The notes beneath the pieces are model-generated. The model did not search any database, was not told the origin of the DNA, and was given only the letters and a program-made list of their open reading frames with translations. The position numbers and the translations under genes were made by a program. A stretch of DNA of 32,000 nt from Saccharolobus solfataricus (GTDB lineage Archaea; Thermoproteota; Thermoprotei_A; Sulfolobales; Sulfolobaceae): positions 1,350,001 through 1,382,000 of the forward strand of contig NZ_LT549890.1 in assembly GCF_900079115.1 (NCBI RefSeq), read 5' to 3'. Shown here piece by piece: positions 29,597 to 32,000 of this stretch; position 1 is the stretch's first letter; every line of letters starts with the position of its first letter.

Positions 29597-31098
29597 TACA
29601 CACCACCTATTTCACTATTATAATCTTGAATCCTAACCCCTAAAATATCATTCTTTATCATTTCCAGCTGAAGGCATTTCCCAGCATATAGTTTAATATT
29701 ACTATTGCCCACAAACGCAGAACTTCCCTTGCTCTTTATTATTTTTATCGCCTCCTCCTCAGTTAAGGGTATGGCATCATCAACGTTATCACTGTTTGGC
29801 GGAAATCCCAATATAATACTTGTCTCCCTAGTTATAGAACAAATATTCTCATACAGCGACTTCACCTTTTTATAGTCCACGAACACAGAGTTGTCTATTA
29901 CAGATAGATCCCTAGCTAATATTGAGTCAATTTCCTTAGTGTAATCCCTTTCAATAAGCAAACTCTCATCAATAGTCTTCAATTTCCTTACCCTTTTCAT
30001 GGTCTCCTTAACCTCACCCTCATTATAAACCTTTCCACTAAATGGGAAAATGTAAACCTCACCCTCCAACTTCCCTTTTCCTCCCTTACCATATCTCGCA
30101 ACCCTACCAGCCCTTTGAATCAGATTATGAGATGGACAAGCTTCAGTTATTAAAACGTCAAAAGAAGTATCAATACCAGCCTCTATGACTTGAGTTGAAA
30201 CTACCAACTTTGCATCATTTATCTTATTCACCTTATCTATCCTATCCTTTTTACTGAACTTACTGTGAATCAGAATAGGAGATAATCCCCTTTCCTTTAA
30301 CTTCCAGTAAGCTTCAATTGCCCCCATTCTCGTATTGTAAACTAGGAGAACCCTTTTACCCTCTTTTACCTTTTCATCAGCAATGGAAATCTCATCCTTT
30401 TCCAATTCATTAACGTATATCTTTCTGTCGATTTTAAAATCACTCGCGTAAACGACCTTTCCGCTCTTACCTAATTTATCCATTAAAACCCTCTCCAACC
30501 CCTTATCTATGGTCGCTGAAGTAACTACTATTGGAACACCCGCATCACTTAAAACCTCTATGGCACTAAGACCAGCTCCTAAACTCTTACCGTCCTCACC
30601 TAATAAGTGAAATTCATCAAATATTACAATACTACTATATATCAACGCCCTAGGGAACTCATAATGAGAACCGTAATTTTTAAAAATTAACTTAAAATCA
30701 ATAGTAGGTAATTTAAATAAATTGAGAATAAAAGTATCTAGAGTCGTAACGTTAACTTTCTTCATGAAAAAAGGCGAATCATGATAATCCATATCTTGAG
30801 CTCCTATGCTCTTAGTGTAAATTATCCCTTTATCAGCGTATTTTTTCAGCTTTAAATATAAATCCTGCACAATAGCCCTATACGGCAATACGTGTATAAC
30901 TCTACTCCCTATGTCAATATTACTACTAACGGCATTAGCTAAGATCATTGTTAACGTTGTTTTACCGTAACCAGTTGGAGCCTTAAGTATAACATTATGT
31001 CCGTTCTCCAAATATCGTAAAGTCTCCTCAATACCCTTCCTCTCCTCAAACCCTTGACGAGCAATTAAATCGTTATAGAAGTCAACTAAAGACGACAT
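29593..31098 (-). CDS. cas3: Cas3' DEAD/DEAH-box helicase
   Basis: Walker A KAPTGYGKTT, DEFH box (VIFDEFHLL), TSAT and motif VI QRAGRVAR. The ORF-track start 31140 overlaps cas5, so the ATG at 31098 (MSSLVDFY), preceded by GGGG, is preferred. Confidence 0.85.
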
Positions 31099-31804
31099 AT
31101 TCCCCGCCGACCTCATAGGCTTCCTTAGCCTCAACTTCAACCTCCTTACTAGCTAAGGGATAAGTAGTTATCGGTAAAATGTACCTTACCGGTGACCCTT
31201 CCTTCCCCCATATATACCCATTCTCTTCCCAGAAAGTAACGTATTCCAAAAACTCCTTCCTACCTACTACCTTCACTGTATCTCTGAAATAGTATCTAGT
31301 TTTTACCCTACCCGAAACCTTTTTAGCCTCACCGACTTCAACGTTCTCCACACTTGCTAAACACTCCTTACATCCTATCCTAGTTATACTCCAGCAGAGT
31401 TTCTCCAACTCCTCCTTACTGATGGAATCAGTTACGTAAACCACAACTAACCGACCGTTGGGTATATATACTTTACCAGTGGGGATCACCCCGTAAATAT
31501 ATCTCGGATTCTCCCTCCTCTCTTTACGTTGAAAATATGATATAACGTTCCTAATAATGTCCTCAGTGTAAACTCCCTCAGACTCCAATCTAGCAGTAGC
31601 CATAATATTCCTAAAATTATATGCAGGACTACCGTAAACATTACCTAAATTAATATTATCCACTCCCCTAAATTTACCGTAAGATAAGGCTCCAATCAGC
31701 GTAGTAGGAGGCGGTAAATAGAAACCTGGCTTCGCCTTAGCAGCTAAAGGCTTAACTACGGAAAACCCCCAATGAAGTTTTAAAAAAACCTTAGAGTAGA
31801 TCAA
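31082..31804 (-). CDS. cas5: Cas5a
   Basis: N-terminal motif LPPPTTLIGALSYGK, 240 aa, TTG start, located between cas7 and cas3'. Confidence 0.75.
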   Translation of the reverse strand: MIYSKVFLKLHWGFSVVKPLAAKAKPGFYLPPPTTLIGALSYGKFRGVDNINLGNVYGSPAYNFRNIMATARLESEGVYTEDIIRNVISYFQRKERRENPRYIYGVIPTGKVYIPNGRLVVVYVTDSISKEELEKLCWSITRIGCKECLASVENVEVGEAKKVSGRVKTRYYFRDTVKVVGRKEFLEYVTFWEENGYIWGKEGSPVRYILPITTYPLASKEVEVEAKEAYEVGGEYVVFS

Positions 31805-31819
31805 AACTACCTTACCTCT

Positions 31820-31999
31820 CTACTCTTCCTCTAATTTAACTACTAAGTCCTCAACAGTTGACAGTACTGTAACCCCTTCACCCACTTCTATCCCCTCGTT
31901 GTTAATCACATACGCCTTAGCCAAATTTCCGTTCAGCACACCTTTAGCCTTCCCTAACCTCATAATAGTGGTCTTAATGTAATCATCATCGTGTGCCGG
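31820..31999 (-). CDS. cas7: Cas7 (Csa2), C-terminal 59 codons (gene continues past the right edge)
   Basis: Open minus-strand frame ...AHDDDYIKTTIMRLGKAKGVLNGNLAKAYVINNEGIEVGEGVTVLSTVEDLVVKLEEE, with the stop at 31820-31822. Its position upstream of cas5 matches the I-A gene order. Confidence 0.55.
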   Translation of the reverse strand, partial: PAHDDDYIKTTIMRLGKAKGVLNGNLAKAYVINNEGIEVGEGVTVLSTVEDLVVKLEEE

Positions 32000-32000
32000 T

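Overview
AT-rich crenarchaeal accessory region. The IS types, Cas proteins and repeat relics fit Sulfolobales best, of the Saccharolobus/Sulfolobus solfataricus type; all family names are assigned from memory and were not searched. The window has three parts. (1) 1-12500 is dense in IS elements and MITEs: two direct ISC1439-like copies, two IS5-family elements, an IS110 fragment, several MITE families, a decayed CARF-PIN gene, a two-gene hypothetical cassette, an AAA+ ATPase and an S9 peptidase. (2) 13070-22881 (+) is a tightly packed type III (Csm, III-D-like) operon. In order it encodes a Cas4/RecB-like nuclease, an 86-aa protein, cas6, a Csa3-like regulator, a small subunit, three RAMPs, a 55-aa micro-ORF, cas10 (HD plus GGDD) and three more RAMPs. 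(3) 26939-32000 (-) is a type I-A interference module: cas7 (partial), cas5, cas3', cas3'' HD, a cas8a-like gene and cas6. A hydrolase gene, a membrane-protein gene, an IS1-family element and nested MITEs separate parts 2 and 3. The window holds no intact CRISPR array and no adaptation genes, only three decayed repeats at 12079-12234. The best leads are the non-canonical genes at the head of and inside the type III operon, the decayed CARF-PIN effector, the possible toxin-like cassette at 3380-4453, perfect in-frame tandem duplications in two I-A genes, and MITE copies that acted as repeated insertion targets.
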